A stretch of DNA of 59,281 nucleotides, filler included. It is 5 parts of 5 records of this genome, joined end to end, with 100 filler letters (N's around TTAATTAATTAA, not from the genome) between each part and the next. Parts side by side here need not be neighbours in the genome. Positions count along the whole stretch, not along the records: positions 39,364 to 52,667 come from SRR31156797_3198; positions 52,768 to 59,281 come from SRR31156797_3209; 3 more parts are not named here. One strand, written 5' to 3'. Each line of letters begins with the position of its first letter. Position 1 is the first letter of the stretch. A model generated the notes under the pieces. It ran no database searches and was not told where the DNA came from. It worked only from the letters and a program-made list of their open reading frames with translations. Below are positions 49,916-59,281 of this stretch, piece after piece. Both the position numbers and the translations under genes were made by a program.

Positions 49916-51571
49916 TTAAACTTCTGTTCTGTTTCTACCATTTTGTTTAGCTTTGTATAACAAATCATCCACTTCTGCAATAAATGGATCTAGGTGTCCT
50001 TTACTATTATACTCCTTAATTCCTGAACTAATAGTAACTTTTAATCCATCTCTTTGCCAATCCTTTTCAGCTAATTTTTCTCTTAATCTTTCAACCATTT
50101 TATAAGCAGCTTCAATATTCGTTTGTGGTAGTACAAGCATAAACTCTTCTCCACCATATCTGGCTGCAATATCACTTTTTCGTAATTGTTTAACTAACAT
50201 TTTACCAATTTCAGCTAAAACTTCATCGCCAATTTGATGACCAAAAGTATCATTAATTTTCTTAAAATGATCTATATCAAGCAGAACGATTGAAAAAAAT
50301 GAGCCGTATCTGTCTGATTTATCCTGTTCTTCATTAAGCCTGTGAAAAAGATATTTTCTATTATAAAGTTTTGTAAGTTCGTCAGTTATTGCAACTCTGA
50401 TTAATTTTTTTTCACGAATAATAACTTCTTTTTTTAATTTATTAATTGTTTCGGCAATCTCTGTTAATTCATCTTTTCCTCTTAATGTAATATCTTTAAC
50501 AGAATATTCACCCTTTCTTATTTTTTTAAGTACTTCTATTAATATTTGTAGTTTTTTCTGAATAAATAGCTTGAACAAAATTGAAGAAATTGCAATTGAA
50601 ATTATTATAATTGCAAGCGTTAACTTTAAAACTCTGTTTAAACTATTATTTATAAATTCAACTTGATCAATAAAATCATATGAATTTTTTATAATTATTG
50701 AAAAATCATAAACATCTTTTTGAATATTAATTTTTTTTAGTTTAGTAAACTTATATTTTTCAGGATTTGCTTTAAAATAACTTTTTTGTATTTCTTTTTC
50801 CTTTTTAAATACACCGCTGGTTTCCAGTTCATTTAATTCTTCATCATTTAACATTCCATTTAAAGAGCTATTTTCATTTGTCATTGACCAGATATTTTCA
50901 TCATCATAAAATATATCTATATCTTTGATATAATCAGCTGTTCCAAAATTAAATGCATTTCTAATTAAAGAAGTACTTTCAAACTCCTGAATATAATGAT
51001 TTTTCATATAATCAATAAAATTGACTTCTGTAAAAACCATATATGAGCTGTGCTTTGGGCTATAGTATGACATTAGAACTAGTTCACCATTTGAAGCAAG
51101 GGGAATTATCTCAGCATTGATAAACTCACCTTTTGCTAATTTCTTATTCATAACTTTTAATGCAATTGAACCGAATACTTTATTGATATTTTCGTCTTCT
51201 ACTTCTTCATTACTACTAAACCTAATATGTCCGTCAGAATCGACAAAGTATATATTGTCAAAATTCGTTTCCTTTATAATATATTGAAGCTCACCGCTAC
51301 TCCATCTATTTCGAGTTTTGGTAAGCATATTAATACTTTGAATATCATCCTCAAACAAGGCTTTATCATGTGAGAAAAATATATTATCTCCGGAATAAAA
51401 GCCACGAACATACTCTTCTGCTTCAATTTCCAAATAATCTTCAAGCTCACTTGTTTTTGACGAAACAAACTTATCCAATTTATTTCTTTCATATGAGATT
51501 GTTGAAAAATAAAAAGCAGTGTTTGATATTAATAGTAAAATTATTATGTAAAGTATAAAATTCTTTCTCAT
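49916..51571 (-). CDS. Membrane diguanylate cyclase (sensor-HAMP-GGDEF)
   Basis: Two TMs, HAMP (GKDELTEIA), DELTKLYNR, RKSD I-site, RYGGEEF. Confidence 0.93.
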   Translation of the reverse strand: MRKNFILYIIILLLISNTAFYFSTISYERNKLDKFVSSKTSELEDYLEIEAEEYVRGFYSGDNIFFSHDKALFEDDIQSINMLTKTRNRWSSGELQYIIKETNFDNIYFVDSDGHIRFSSNEEVEDENINKVFGSIALKVMNKKLAKGEFINAEIIPLASNGELVLMSYYSPKHSSYMVFTEVNFIDYMKNHYIQEFESTSLIRNAFNFGTADYIKDIDIFYDDENIWSMTNENSSLNGMLNDEELNELETSGVFKKEKEIQKSYFKANPEKYKFTKLKKINIQKDVYDFSIIIKNSYDFIDQVEFINNSLNRVLKLTLAIIIISIAISSILFKLFIQKKLQILIEVLKKIRKGEYSVKDITLRGKDELTEIAETINKLKKEVIIREKKLIRVAITDELTKLYNRKYLFHRLNEEQDKSDRYGSFFSIVLLDIDHFKKINDTFGHQIGDEVLAEIGKMLVKQLRKSDIAARYGGEEFMLVLPQTNIEAAYKMVERLREKLAEKDWQRDGLKVTISSGIKEYNSKGHLDPFIAEVDDLLYKAKQNGRNRTEV

Positions 51572-51812
51572 TTCCCCACCTTTAATTTATATAAATTTAT
51601 AAAATATTGCCTTACAAAAATAACCGTTAAACAATCAGCAATTTTATTCTAATTATAACTAATTAATCTTAAAAAGAGCTTTGCATGATATCATAAATCA
51701 CTCTCCAAAAAAATGCAATATATATTTAATTACGACACTTTGATTATGAATCGTTAACAATTATTACTAATCAAATTAAGAATAAAGTTGTTATGAATAT
51801 ATTTTTATACAC

Positions 51813-51844
51813 AAAAAAGACCGCCTAATATTAGGCAGCCCTTT
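51813..51844 (-). terminator. Rho-independent terminator after ptsI
   Basis: GCCTAA-ta-TTAGGC stem with AAAAAAG on the left (T-run on the minus strand). Confidence 0.65.
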
Positions 51845-51862
51845 AAAATATATAAGATTTTT

Positions 51863-52667
51863 TTATAGGTTTTCTTTAATGTCAGCAGCTGTATCCATTT
51901 CAAGAAGTCTAGTAGCATGTGCTGTAGCTTCTCCACTATCCATTTCGATAACGTTTTTCTTAACTTGAGGGATAGAAGTTGCACTCATAGAGAACGCATC
52001 TAATCCTAATCCTACTAGTAATTTAGTTGCTTTAGAATCTCCTGCGAATTCACCACACATTGAACAAGTAATTCTGTTTGCATGTGCTCCTTCGATAGTC
52101 ATTCTGATAGCTTCTAATACTGCCGGGTTATATGTATCATATAATTCAGAGATGTTTTCATTTCCTCTATCTACTGCAAGAGTATATTGAGTTAAATCAT
52201 TTGTTCCAATTGAGAAGAAGTCTACTTCTTTTCCGAACTGTTTAGCTCTGAATGCTGTTGCAGGTGTTTCAACCATGATTCCAACTTTGATATCTTCATC
52301 GAAGTCGATACCTTCTTGTCTTAATTCTGCTTTACACTCTTCTAAGATCGCTTTTGCTTTTCTAATTTCAGCTAAAGAGATAACCATTGGGAACATGATT
52401 TTAACTTGTCCAAATGCAGATGCTTTTAATAAAGCTCTTAATTGAGTTTTGAACATTTCAGTTCTGTCTAAAGATACTCTAAGTGCTCTGTATCCTAAGA
52501 ATGGATTTTCCTCTTCCGGTAATGCCATGTATGGAAGTGCTTTATCTCCACCAATATCCATAGTTCTGATAGTTACAGGTTTTCCTGCCATAGTTTCAGC
52601 AACTTCTTTATATGCTTGGAACTGTTCAAATTCAGTTGGTAATTTATCACTATTCATGAATAAGAAC
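51863..52667 (-). CDS. ptsI: PTS enzyme I, C-terminal part (5' truncated)
   Basis: RTMDIGGDK, EENPFLGYRALR, MVETP, FFSIGTNDLTQY, MCGE. Confidence 0.95.
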
Positions 52668-52767
52668 NNNNNNNNNNNNNNNNNNNNNNNNNNNNNNNNN
52701 NNNNNNNNNNNTTAATTAATTAANNNNNNNNNNNNNNNNNNNNNNNNNNNNNNNNNNNNNNNNNNNN
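52668..52767. other. Artificial contig linker
   Basis: 44 N + TTAATTAATTAA + 44 N. Confidence 0.98.
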
Positions 52768-52779
52768 AAAACATCTTCT

Positions 52780-53205
52780 CTATTTTGATAGATTAACATT
52801 TTTCATTGCCTCAAACCAGTTTCTATTAAAATGCTTTTTAATATATCTCTCTTTGTGTGGGACTAAACATCCTGCACAGTTTTGGTGAATATAATCTTCC
52901 CCTTCAAATTGTGCCCCATCTTTTGAGTCAATACTACAATAAGAGTAAAGAGTCTTATCATCTTGTTTTTTTACACCATCATCATCAAACCTAAAGTTTG
53001 GACAGGCACAGAAATAGCAGTTTAACTCTTCATAATCATGGCACTTTTTGTTCTCTTCATATAAAGGACAAAAGTCAGGTTCTTTTTCTACCATATTATC
53101 AAATCTAAAATACTCAATAACCTCAGCATCACTTTTGTCTTTTAACTTTTCCATTATCTTTGCGTGTTTTTTTCCGTGGGCTTCATACCATTTTATATAC
53201 GACAT
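52780..53205 (-). CDS. Cysteine-rich small domain protein
   Basis: FCPLY...CH...LNCYFCACP...NCAGCLVPH. Confidence 0.7.
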   Translation of the reverse strand: MSYIKWYEAHGKKHAKIMEKLKDKSDAEVIEYFRFDNMVEKEPDFCPLYEENKKCHDYEELNCYFCACPNFRFDDDGVKKQDDKTLYSYCSIDSKDGAQFEGEDYIHQNCAGCLVPHKERYIKKHFNRNWFEAMKNVNLSK

Positions 53206-53216
53206 AACTCTTCTTT

Positions 53217-53666
53217 TTAATTTAATTCTTTACTATCTACTATAAAAGTAACTGGACCATCATTTTGAATATCTATTTCCATATGTGCTCCAAATACTCC
53301 ACTTTGTACATGAATATCATGACTTGCTACAAAAGCTTTAAACTCTTCATAATACTCATTTGCTATTTGAGGGTTTTCACTTGCATCAAAACTAGGACGT
53401 CTTCCTTTTTTGATATTTCCAGCAAGGGTAAATTGAGAGATAATCAAAGCCTCCCCTCCTACATCTATAAGAGATAAATTCATCTTGTCATTTTCATCTT
53501 GAAAAATTCTAAGATTTACTATTTTATTTACTAGCTTTTGAATATCTTCTTTTGTATCACCTTTTTTAACACCAAGTAAGATGTTTAGACCTTGACCTAT
53601 TTGTCCTACTATCTTACCATCTACTTTTACAGATGAAGATTTTACTCTTTGAATAACTGCTATCAT
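53217..53666 (-). CDS. dtd: D-aminoacyl-tRNA deacylase
   Basis: MIAVIQRV, SQFTL, KGRRPSF, FGA.M...NDGPVT. Confidence 0.96.
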   Translation of the reverse strand: MIAVIQRVKSSSVKVDGKIVGQIGQGLNILLGVKKGDTKEDIQKLVNKIVNLRIFQDENDKMNLSLIDVGGEALIISQFTLAGNIKKGRRPSFDASENPQIANEYYEEFKAFVASHDIHVQSGVFGAHMEIDIQNDGPVTFIVDSKELN

Positions 53667-55256
53667 TTATACTTCTTCTTTCAAAATTCTTTCAGCTTCT
53701 TCAAGATTTTCTTTATCACCATAAAAATACTCTTCTAAAAGTGGTTTAATTTTATACTCTTTTATAAACTCTAAATCTAAACCATTCATAAAATAACCAT
53801 GTCCTAAAATAAACTCTTCACCCCTAGTTTTTTCAATAAATTTATTTATTTTTATCATTAAATTTCGTGCAGCAATATTTGTTACCCGTTCAGGTTTGGG
53901 AGTCATCTTTAAAAATGTAAACCTACGTCTAAGTGCTATATCTATAGTAGCAATAGATTTATCAGTAGAATTCATAGTAGATATGATGTATAGATTTTCT
54001 GGGATTAAAAACTTTTCTTTTGAGTATGGTAAAGTCACTTCATACTCTTTTTTACCTCTTTTATCCTCTTCTATTAAAGTGATAAGCTCACCAAAAATCT
54101 TAGAAATATTTCCTCTATTTATTTCATCTATTATAATGTAGAAATTTTTTTCTTTTTGTTCTAAACTCTTTTTAGTATTTTTTATTAAGTCAACTATTTT
54201 TTTTGCAATTGGCAAGTAAAGCCCCCCTAAAGAAATAGTATCTTTCTTAACATCTAAAGCTCTTATATCACTAGGCTTTTTCACTTCATCAATTAAAACT
54301 GCATTCACAACAGTTTCTAAATCTGATTTTTTCACATATTGAGAATCTTTTGCTTTTGAGGATTGTACCTTTATAGTTTTTTCTTTAAAATCATGTATTA
54401 AAATTTCAATATTAGATACACTGTAAATTTTCTCAATTTCATTTTCAATATATTGAGTCCTTAAGATATCATAAGCTTCATCAAATGAAATTTGTTGATA
54501 TAATGTTTCTTTTTTTTGATTTTTTGCTTTATCGCATATTGCTTTAAAAATACCATCTTCAAGTTCTATATTTCCACTTTCATTTGGCCTAAATCCTTCT
54601 ATAAAATCTTCATAAGAATAGCTTTGATGAAAGGTTACAAATTCCATTCTTTTCTCTTTTTTTATATCTTCATATAATTTTTTAATACTATTTTCTTCTA
54701 TTTCATCATCTTTATTATTTACAATAAAATCAAAAATCTCACTCTCACTAAAATCTCCACCTTCAATTAAAGAAATTAACTTTTTATAGTTAAATGTTTT
54801 ACCAACTCCTGGCGCACCATAAAGCATTATGTTCTTTATTTTGATATTATTATCTTCATTGTAAAGTTCTTCAAGTATCAAAGTATCATTACTTTTTTCA
54901 ATTTTATAGCCAAGTTCATTTTTAACATAATTCAAAAATCTATCAAAACGTTCTCCACCCCATTGACTCGAAACATATAATTTTTTGTTATCAAAATATA
55001 TTACTTCATCATGATTTGAGAAAAAACGTTTTTCTCTTTTTTCTACTCTACCATCTTCTTCCCATTTTATTATTTCATCTTCATTTTTTATAATTCCAAG
55101 GTTACCCTTACCAAAACTATCAGGAAAAACCTTTTTTAGCTCTTCATAACTAATATTTGGGTGTTCATTTACATATTTACATACAACTTCTAAAACTAAT
55201 CTATTTTTAGATAATTCTTTTTTCTCATTGAAATCATATTTACTATAATCTGGCAT
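53667..55256 (-). CDS. mcrB: McrB-like AAA+ GTPase with non-canonical N-terminal domain
   Basis: GAPGVGKT, FHQSYSYEDFIEG, IIDEINRGN, MNSTDKS (NxxD), ALRRRF. Confidence 0.9.
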   Translation of the reverse strand: MPDYSKYDFNEKKELSKNRLVLEVVCKYVNEHPNISYEELKKVFPDSFGKGNLGIIKNEDEIIKWEEDGRVEKREKRFFSNHDEVIYFDNKKLYVSSQWGGERFDRFLNYVKNELGYKIEKSNDTLILEELYNEDNNIKIKNIMLYGAPGVGKTFNYKKLISLIEGGDFSESEIFDFIVNNKDDEIEENSIKKLYEDIKKEKRMEFVTFHQSYSYEDFIEGFRPNESGNIELEDGIFKAICDKAKNQKKETLYQQISFDEAYDILRTQYIENEIEKIYSVSNIEILIHDFKEKTIKVQSSKAKDSQYVKKSDLETVVNAVLIDEVKKPSDIRALDVKKDTISLGGLYLPIAKKIVDLIKNTKKSLEQKEKNFYIIIDEINRGNISKIFGELITLIEEDKRGKKEYEVTLPYSKEKFLIPENLYIISTMNSTDKSIATIDIALRRRFTFLKMTPKPERVTNIAARNLMIKINKFIEKTRGEEFILGHGYFMNGLDLEFIKEYKIKPLLEEYFYGDKENLEEAERILKEEV

Positions 55257-55269
55257 ACTCCCATCCTTT

Positions 55270-56433
55270 CTATTTCAATATCTTTTTCATCTTCTTTTTT
55301 ATATCTTCTACATATTCTCTGTACTTTCCATCAAAGCTTAAATCTATCTTTTTTATTTTTAGTTCTACTTTTTTATCATTATTTCCTAGATTATGTACTG
55401 CACTTTCATTTAGTTCAATATCTTCATTTAAATTTTTTGGATACAAAAGCATTGTTTTTCTAATACCTTGAAAATTATTACCATATGCATACATTTGATA
55501 CTTATCATTTCTATCTATTTTTTGCATATCTATTCTTTTATATTTACAATCAATAATAAGGTTTTTGCTATTTACTATAATATCAGGCTTTAGTTTTAAG
55601 CTTCCAAACTCTTTATACATTTTGGAAATATGTACATTTACTTCTATATCATTTATAATTTTTCCTACAAATTTTTCAAACAATATATTCATATCAAAAA
55701 GAAAAGCAAAGGATTTTTTCCCTTGCGAAAAAAGTGGTATTGTCTTTTGTAGAAGTAAAAGTGCCATTTCAAAACTAGTTTTATATCTTTGATTAATTCT
55801 ATTAAAATAGATATTTAATCTATCCATATCCATTTTAAAAGATTCTACTTCATCAAAAATAAGTTCACATTGTTTTAAAATTTTCTTATTTTTTACATAT
55901 TTCTGTAACTCTTTTATTGCATATAAAAAGAACTGATTTAAAGTATTGTTTTCACTAAATTCATCATATTCACAATATATCTTATTTTTTGTAAAATTAT
56001 ATTTCAAATTTTCATTTATTAGATATTTACCTTTTAAAGTGGTAAGATTTTCCTGCTCAGTTATGTACTCTTTATAAAGCCCTTTTTTTAGTTCACTTAA
56101 AAGGTTTTGCGCAAACAGTTGAACTAAAACTTCAATAATTGTATGTTTTTCATTTTCGCAAGAAGCTATTTGTTCATTTGAAAGTTTTATATCATAAACA
56201 TACATCAACATATAAATAAAAATATCTAAGTTTTTACTCTCTTCATCTGCTATTTTAGGGAGAATATAATAATCTTTGTCTTCAAAATTCAATATACCAC
56301 AATATTGACGTGTCTTTATGTTTCCCCAATCCTCTTTAAAATACTTATGTAAGGATTTGTTTTCTTTAATATGATTGATTAACTTCTCATTTGATGGTGA
56401 TATTTCTTTGTATTCATATAAGTATTTTTGCAT
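55270..56433 (-). CDS. mcrC: McrC-like PD-(D/E)xK nuclease
   Basis: QYCGI...ILPKI, LFDMNILFEKFV, LKPDII...IIDCKYK, DKYQMYAY...LLYP. Confidence 0.9.
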   Translation of the reverse strand: MQKYLYEYKEISPSNEKLINHIKENKSLHKYFKEDWGNIKTRQYCGILNFEDKDYYILPKIADEESKNLDIFIYMLMYVYDIKLSNEQIASCENEKHTIIEVLVQLFAQNLLSELKKGLYKEYITEQENLTTLKGKYLINENLKYNFTKNKIYCEYDEFSENNTLNQFFLYAIKELQKYVKNKKILKQCELIFDEVESFKMDMDRLNIYFNRINQRYKTSFEMALLLLQKTIPLFSQGKKSFAFLFDMNILFEKFVGKIINDIEVNVHISKMYKEFGSLKLKPDIIVNSKNLIIDCKYKRIDMQKIDRNDKYQMYAYGNNFQGIRKTMLLYPKNLNEDIELNESAVHNLGNNDKKVELKIKKIDLSFDGKYREYVEDIKKKMKKILK

Positions 56434-56444
56434 AGGATTAAACT

Positions 56445-57050
56445 TTATTTATATTCCAAACTTTCTATTACTAACTTCTTATTTTTAAATGGGTCAATTA
56501 TCGCTTCTATCTCTTCTAATTTATACTTCAAAGGAAAACCTATCCTAGAGTTCTTGGCTGTACTTTCTAATTTATAATAAGCTTCTCCATTTACATAAAG
56601 AGCTTTTTTATTTGCTAACTTTTCATTTAATTTTACTATCACAAAAACATGTTTGGGTACAAACACAAAATATGCTTCATAACCTTTTGTTTTAAGTAGT
56701 GAGATAAGCAAGTTTGACTTATCATCACAGTCACCAAAGTTTTGCTCTACTACGTGCTTTGGACTTCTTGCAACACTTTTATTTACTTTATATGGGATTT
56801 TTGTTACAAAATCAAGCATTGATTGTACTTCACAAAGCTCATTTCCTAAACAATTTTTTGTAAGAAAGTTTGAAAGTCTTTGTGTATAGTAGTCTTGCCT
56901 TACTTGATTTACATAAGTTGCACCATCTATATTTATAAACTGATTTTTAACTATAAAAAATGATTTAAATAAAAAGGTTATCAAAATAGCAAAAAACACT
57001 ACTGTAACAGTAAGTGCAATTCTATTTACTATCTTGCTATCAAAAAGCAT
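56445..57050 (-). CDS. Transglutaminase-like domain protein
   Basis: N-terminal TM; GDCDDKS...HVF...LEST. Confidence 0.75.
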   Translation of the reverse strand: MLFDSKIVNRIALTVTVVFFAILITFLFKSFFIVKNQFINIDGATYVNQVRQDYYTQRLSNFLTKNCLGNELCEVQSMLDFVTKIPYKVNKSVARSPKHVVEQNFGDCDDKSNLLISLLKTKGYEAYFVFVPKHVFVIVKLNEKLANKKALYVNGEAYYKLESTAKNSRIGFPLKYKLEEIEAIIDPFKNKKLVIESLEYK

Positions 57051-57978
57051 TTAAAGCCTTTTTTAGCCCCTTTATATTGTTTAATGAACCCACATAGAAA
57101 CTAACAAAATATTCATCTATGAAATCATACTCTAAACAAGTGTTTATAATAACACCATTTTTTAAAAGCTTCTTTTTAAACTCATTTGAGTCAATATTTT
57201 TAAGCCGAATTAAAAGTGAGTTAGAATTACTTTGAAACATAGAATCTACAAACTTGTGTTCTTGAAGTATTTTTTCTAGTTCTATTCTGTTTTTGATATA
57301 TATTGAGTTTGTTATAGTTGAGAATTTTTTATCCTTTAAAGCTTCTTCTAAATACTTTATCTCAAAACTTGATATCTTGTTTTGGGGTTCATATTTTCGT
57401 AAACTCTCAATACTTTTTTCACTTGCAAAAACTGTTGCGATATTTAGGTTTTTTCTTGCGTAGAATTTACTTAAATCTTTTACGATAAATAAATTTTCAT
57501 ACTCTGTTAGGTATTTTATACATGAAGTTTTTCCACAAAAATCAATTAGTGTTTCATCTATGATAACTTTTGCATTTTTACTTGCCCAGTACTCAAAAAG
57601 TTTATCAAGCTCATAAAAAGTACCATCTAAAAAAGAAGGGTTCATAAAAACTACAACACTATCATCTTTGATTGGTAAAAATATATTTTCAAATCTATTG
57701 ATTAGTCTTGTTTCATAACCTAAGTTATTTGAAGCTTGTTTATACTCCAAATTACATGGAGAATAGATATAACAAAAATTAGAATTTAAATACTTTAGAA
57801 GTGAATAAATAGAAGAAGAAAAACCATTAAAAAGCTCGATATTTGTTTGTTTTATTTTGTATCGTTGTTCAAGCTGTGATAAAAGAGATTGATAACAAGT
57901 ACTTTCATCACATACTTCATTAAAATCAATTTGTATATCTGGCTTTAAAAAGTTAACTTCACTTCTAAAATCAAACAT
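57040..57978 (-). CDS. PLP-dependent aminotransferase class I/II fold, CobD/HisC-like
   Basis: MNP...G, IIDET..DF, KDLSKFYA (PLP lysine). Confidence 0.75.
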   Translation of the reverse strand: MFDFRSEVNFLKPDIQIDFNEVCDESTCYQSLLSQLEQRYKIKQTNIELFNGFSSSIYSLLKYLNSNFCYIYSPCNLEYKQASNNLGYETRLINRFENIFLPIKDDSVVVFMNPSFLDGTFYELDKLFEYWASKNAKVIIDETLIDFCGKTSCIKYLTEYENLFIVKDLSKFYARKNLNIATVFASEKSIESLRKYEPQNKISSFEIKYLEEALKDKKFSTITNSIYIKNRIELEKILQEHKFVDSMFQSNSNSLLIRLKNIDSNEFKKKLLKNGVIINTCLEYDFIDEYFVSFYVGSLNNIKGLKKALNAF

Positions 57979-58578
57979 CTACAGACCTAAAAAGTTTTTT
58001 ATTCCCGTAAATACAATTTGAGCAGATAAAGCTGCTAAAAAAAGTCCCGTGATTTTTGAGATTACAAGGAGTCCTTGTTTTCCTACTAATCTTTCAATAA
58101 TAGAAGAAGAATAAAGCATAATACCAATCACTACAATTGCGCATACAAGAGCTAAACTTCCTAAAACCATAGAACCATTTGTGTCAAAACCTGCACCCAT
58201 TACAAGTAAAACCCCAATAGTACCAGGGCCTATTGTAATTGGAATAGAAAGAGGTACAACTGCAAGTTCTGAAATATCTTTTTGCTCTACTTTTTGAGTA
58301 TCTTTATTTCCTTTGATTAACTCAACTGCTGAAAGAAATAATAAAGCCCCTGCCCCAATTCTAAAGGCATCTAAAGTTATACCAAATACTGCAAAAATAT
58401 GCTTTCCAAAATATAGTAATATCAAACTAATTATAATCACTGAAGTAGTTACTTTTATAGCCAGTGCTCTTTTTTGAGCTGGTGTAGCATCACTTGTAAC
58501 TGTCAAAAAAACTGATAACACGAAAAAGGGTGTCATGATGAAGAACATTTTTAAAAATGTCGAAAAGAATAATTCCAT
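57979..58578 (-). CDS. MarC family membrane protein
   Basis: FGITLDAFRIGAG, VVPLSIPITIGPG, KITGLFLAALS. Confidence 0.9.
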   Translation of the reverse strand: MELFFSTFLKMFFIMTPFFVLSVFLTVTSDATPAQKRALAIKVTTSVIIISLILLYFGKHIFAVFGITLDAFRIGAGALLFLSAVELIKGNKDTQKVEQKDISELAVVPLSIPITIGPGTIGVLLVMGAGFDTNGSMVLGSLALVCAIVVIGIMLYSSSIIERLVGKQGLLVISKITGLFLAALSAQIVFTGIKNFLGL

Positions 58579-58706
58579 TATACTTCCTAAAAATTATTAA
58601 GGAAGTATAACAAAATATAGTTATTTTTATTTTGAAATTAAATTATAACGCTAAACGTAACGCAAGGGAGTTATAATATTTAGAAGAGCAAAAGAAGGAG
58701 CTTTTT

Positions 58707-59281
58707 ATGTTAACTATTATAAAGAAGTATTCAATATTTACTATTCTAATTATCTTTTTCACTATTGGTTCTATTGCCTATGGAAAAGAGCTAAAATGGG
58801 AAGGCTTTGTTGATATTGAGGGAAAAGCAGGAAGTAAAAGACATCTTGGTGAAACAGATATTTTTCTACCTATTACTCAAAATGAAAACTCTCTACTTTT
58901 TACTACTCTTCGTTATCGACTTGATAATAAAAGTAGTAGAGAAGGGAATTTTGGACTAGGTATTCGACATATCCTACCTTCCAATTGGATTATTGGAGGA
59001 TATGCATACTATGATAGAAGAAAAAGCCCTTATGACAACATCTTTAGGCAAGTCACTTTAGGAGTAGAGTTACTGTCTAATAATTGGGATTTTCGTGCAA
59101 ATATATATAAGCCATTTGGTAAAAAAGAGTATTTAGAAGAAAGCTTAAGTCAAGTAGAGTTTACAGATACATCAATACTTTATTCACAAGGTGAAGAACG
59201 AGCACTAAAAGGTTTTGATGCAGAAATTGGTTGGAGAGTTCCTATCTTCAAAGAAGATGAAGATAAACAACTTCGTCTTTA
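58707..59281 (+). CDS. Inverse autotransporter (intimin/invasin-type) beta-barrel protein, 3' truncated; not in the ORF track
   Basis: My translation: MLTIIKKYSIFTILIIFFTIGSIAYGKELKWEGFVDIEGK...EGNFGLGIRH...WIIGGYAYYDRR...RQVTLGVE...DFRANIY.P...GFDAEIG; AAGGAG RBS; no stop before the window end. Confidence 0.8.
   Translation, partial: MLTIIKKYSIFTILIIFFTIGSIAYGKELKWEGFVDIEGKAGSKRHLGETDIFLPITQNENSLLFTTLRYRLDNKSSREGNFGLGIRHILPSNWIIGGYAYYDRRKSPYDNIFRQVTLGVELLSNNWDFRANIYKPFGKKEYLEESLSQVEFTDTSILYSQGEERALKGFDAEIGWRVPIFKEDEDKQLRL

Noticed and set aside
3280-51571. HD-GYP/PilZ genes and the two GGDEF cyclases as one c-di-GMP network
   Set aside because: They lie on different contigs from compositionally different organisms
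1-59281. tRNA, rRNA, IS transposases or CRISPR arrays
   Set aside because: None recognised on either strand; a tRNAscan/Infernal run would be needed to exclude short RNAs

Overview
The window is not one locus. It is five unrelated contigs joined by four identical 100-nt artificial linkers (44 N + TTAATTAATTAA + 44 N), so gene neighbourhoods must not be read across the linkers. Taxonomic labels below are inferred from base composition and gene content only. Contig A (1-19969, GC-rich, Desulfobacterales-like) has a split transketolase and a PilZ-thioesterase gene translationally linked to a 7TM histidine kinase-REC-HD-GYP protein. It also has a transglutaminase/ABC-exporter operon that is interrupted by two secreted proteins with dockerin-like tails and by an AT-rich pair of STAND-like ATPases. 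Contig B (20070-27144) has betB, a GntR/FadR regulator, betA and a choline/betaine-binding protein, plus converging glcD/glcF-like genes. Contig C (27245-39263, very AT-rich, Arcobacter/Campylobacterota-like) looks like an integrative element: XerH-like recombinase, difH-like inverted repeats, double-domain CI-like repressor, excisionase-like, Rep-like and HD-domain genes. Beside it is a candidate anti-phage island: SIR2 plus partner, a PLD-like (VPA1262-like) gene plus partner, and a PD-(D/E)xK nuclease. Contig D (39364-52667, AT-rich anaerobe, Fusobacteria-like) has a sugar ABC transporter, malQ, an MCP, two diguanylate cyclases and ptsI. Contig E (52768-59281, Arcobacter-like) has an mcrC-mcrB pair with an unusual McrB N-terminal domain inside a housekeeping operon, and a partial inverse autotransporter. 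The best candidates for undescribed systems are the PilZ-thioesterase/HK-REC-HD-GYP circuit, the contig C defence modules and the paired STAND ATPases. All calls come from motif recognition by eye; no database searches were run.
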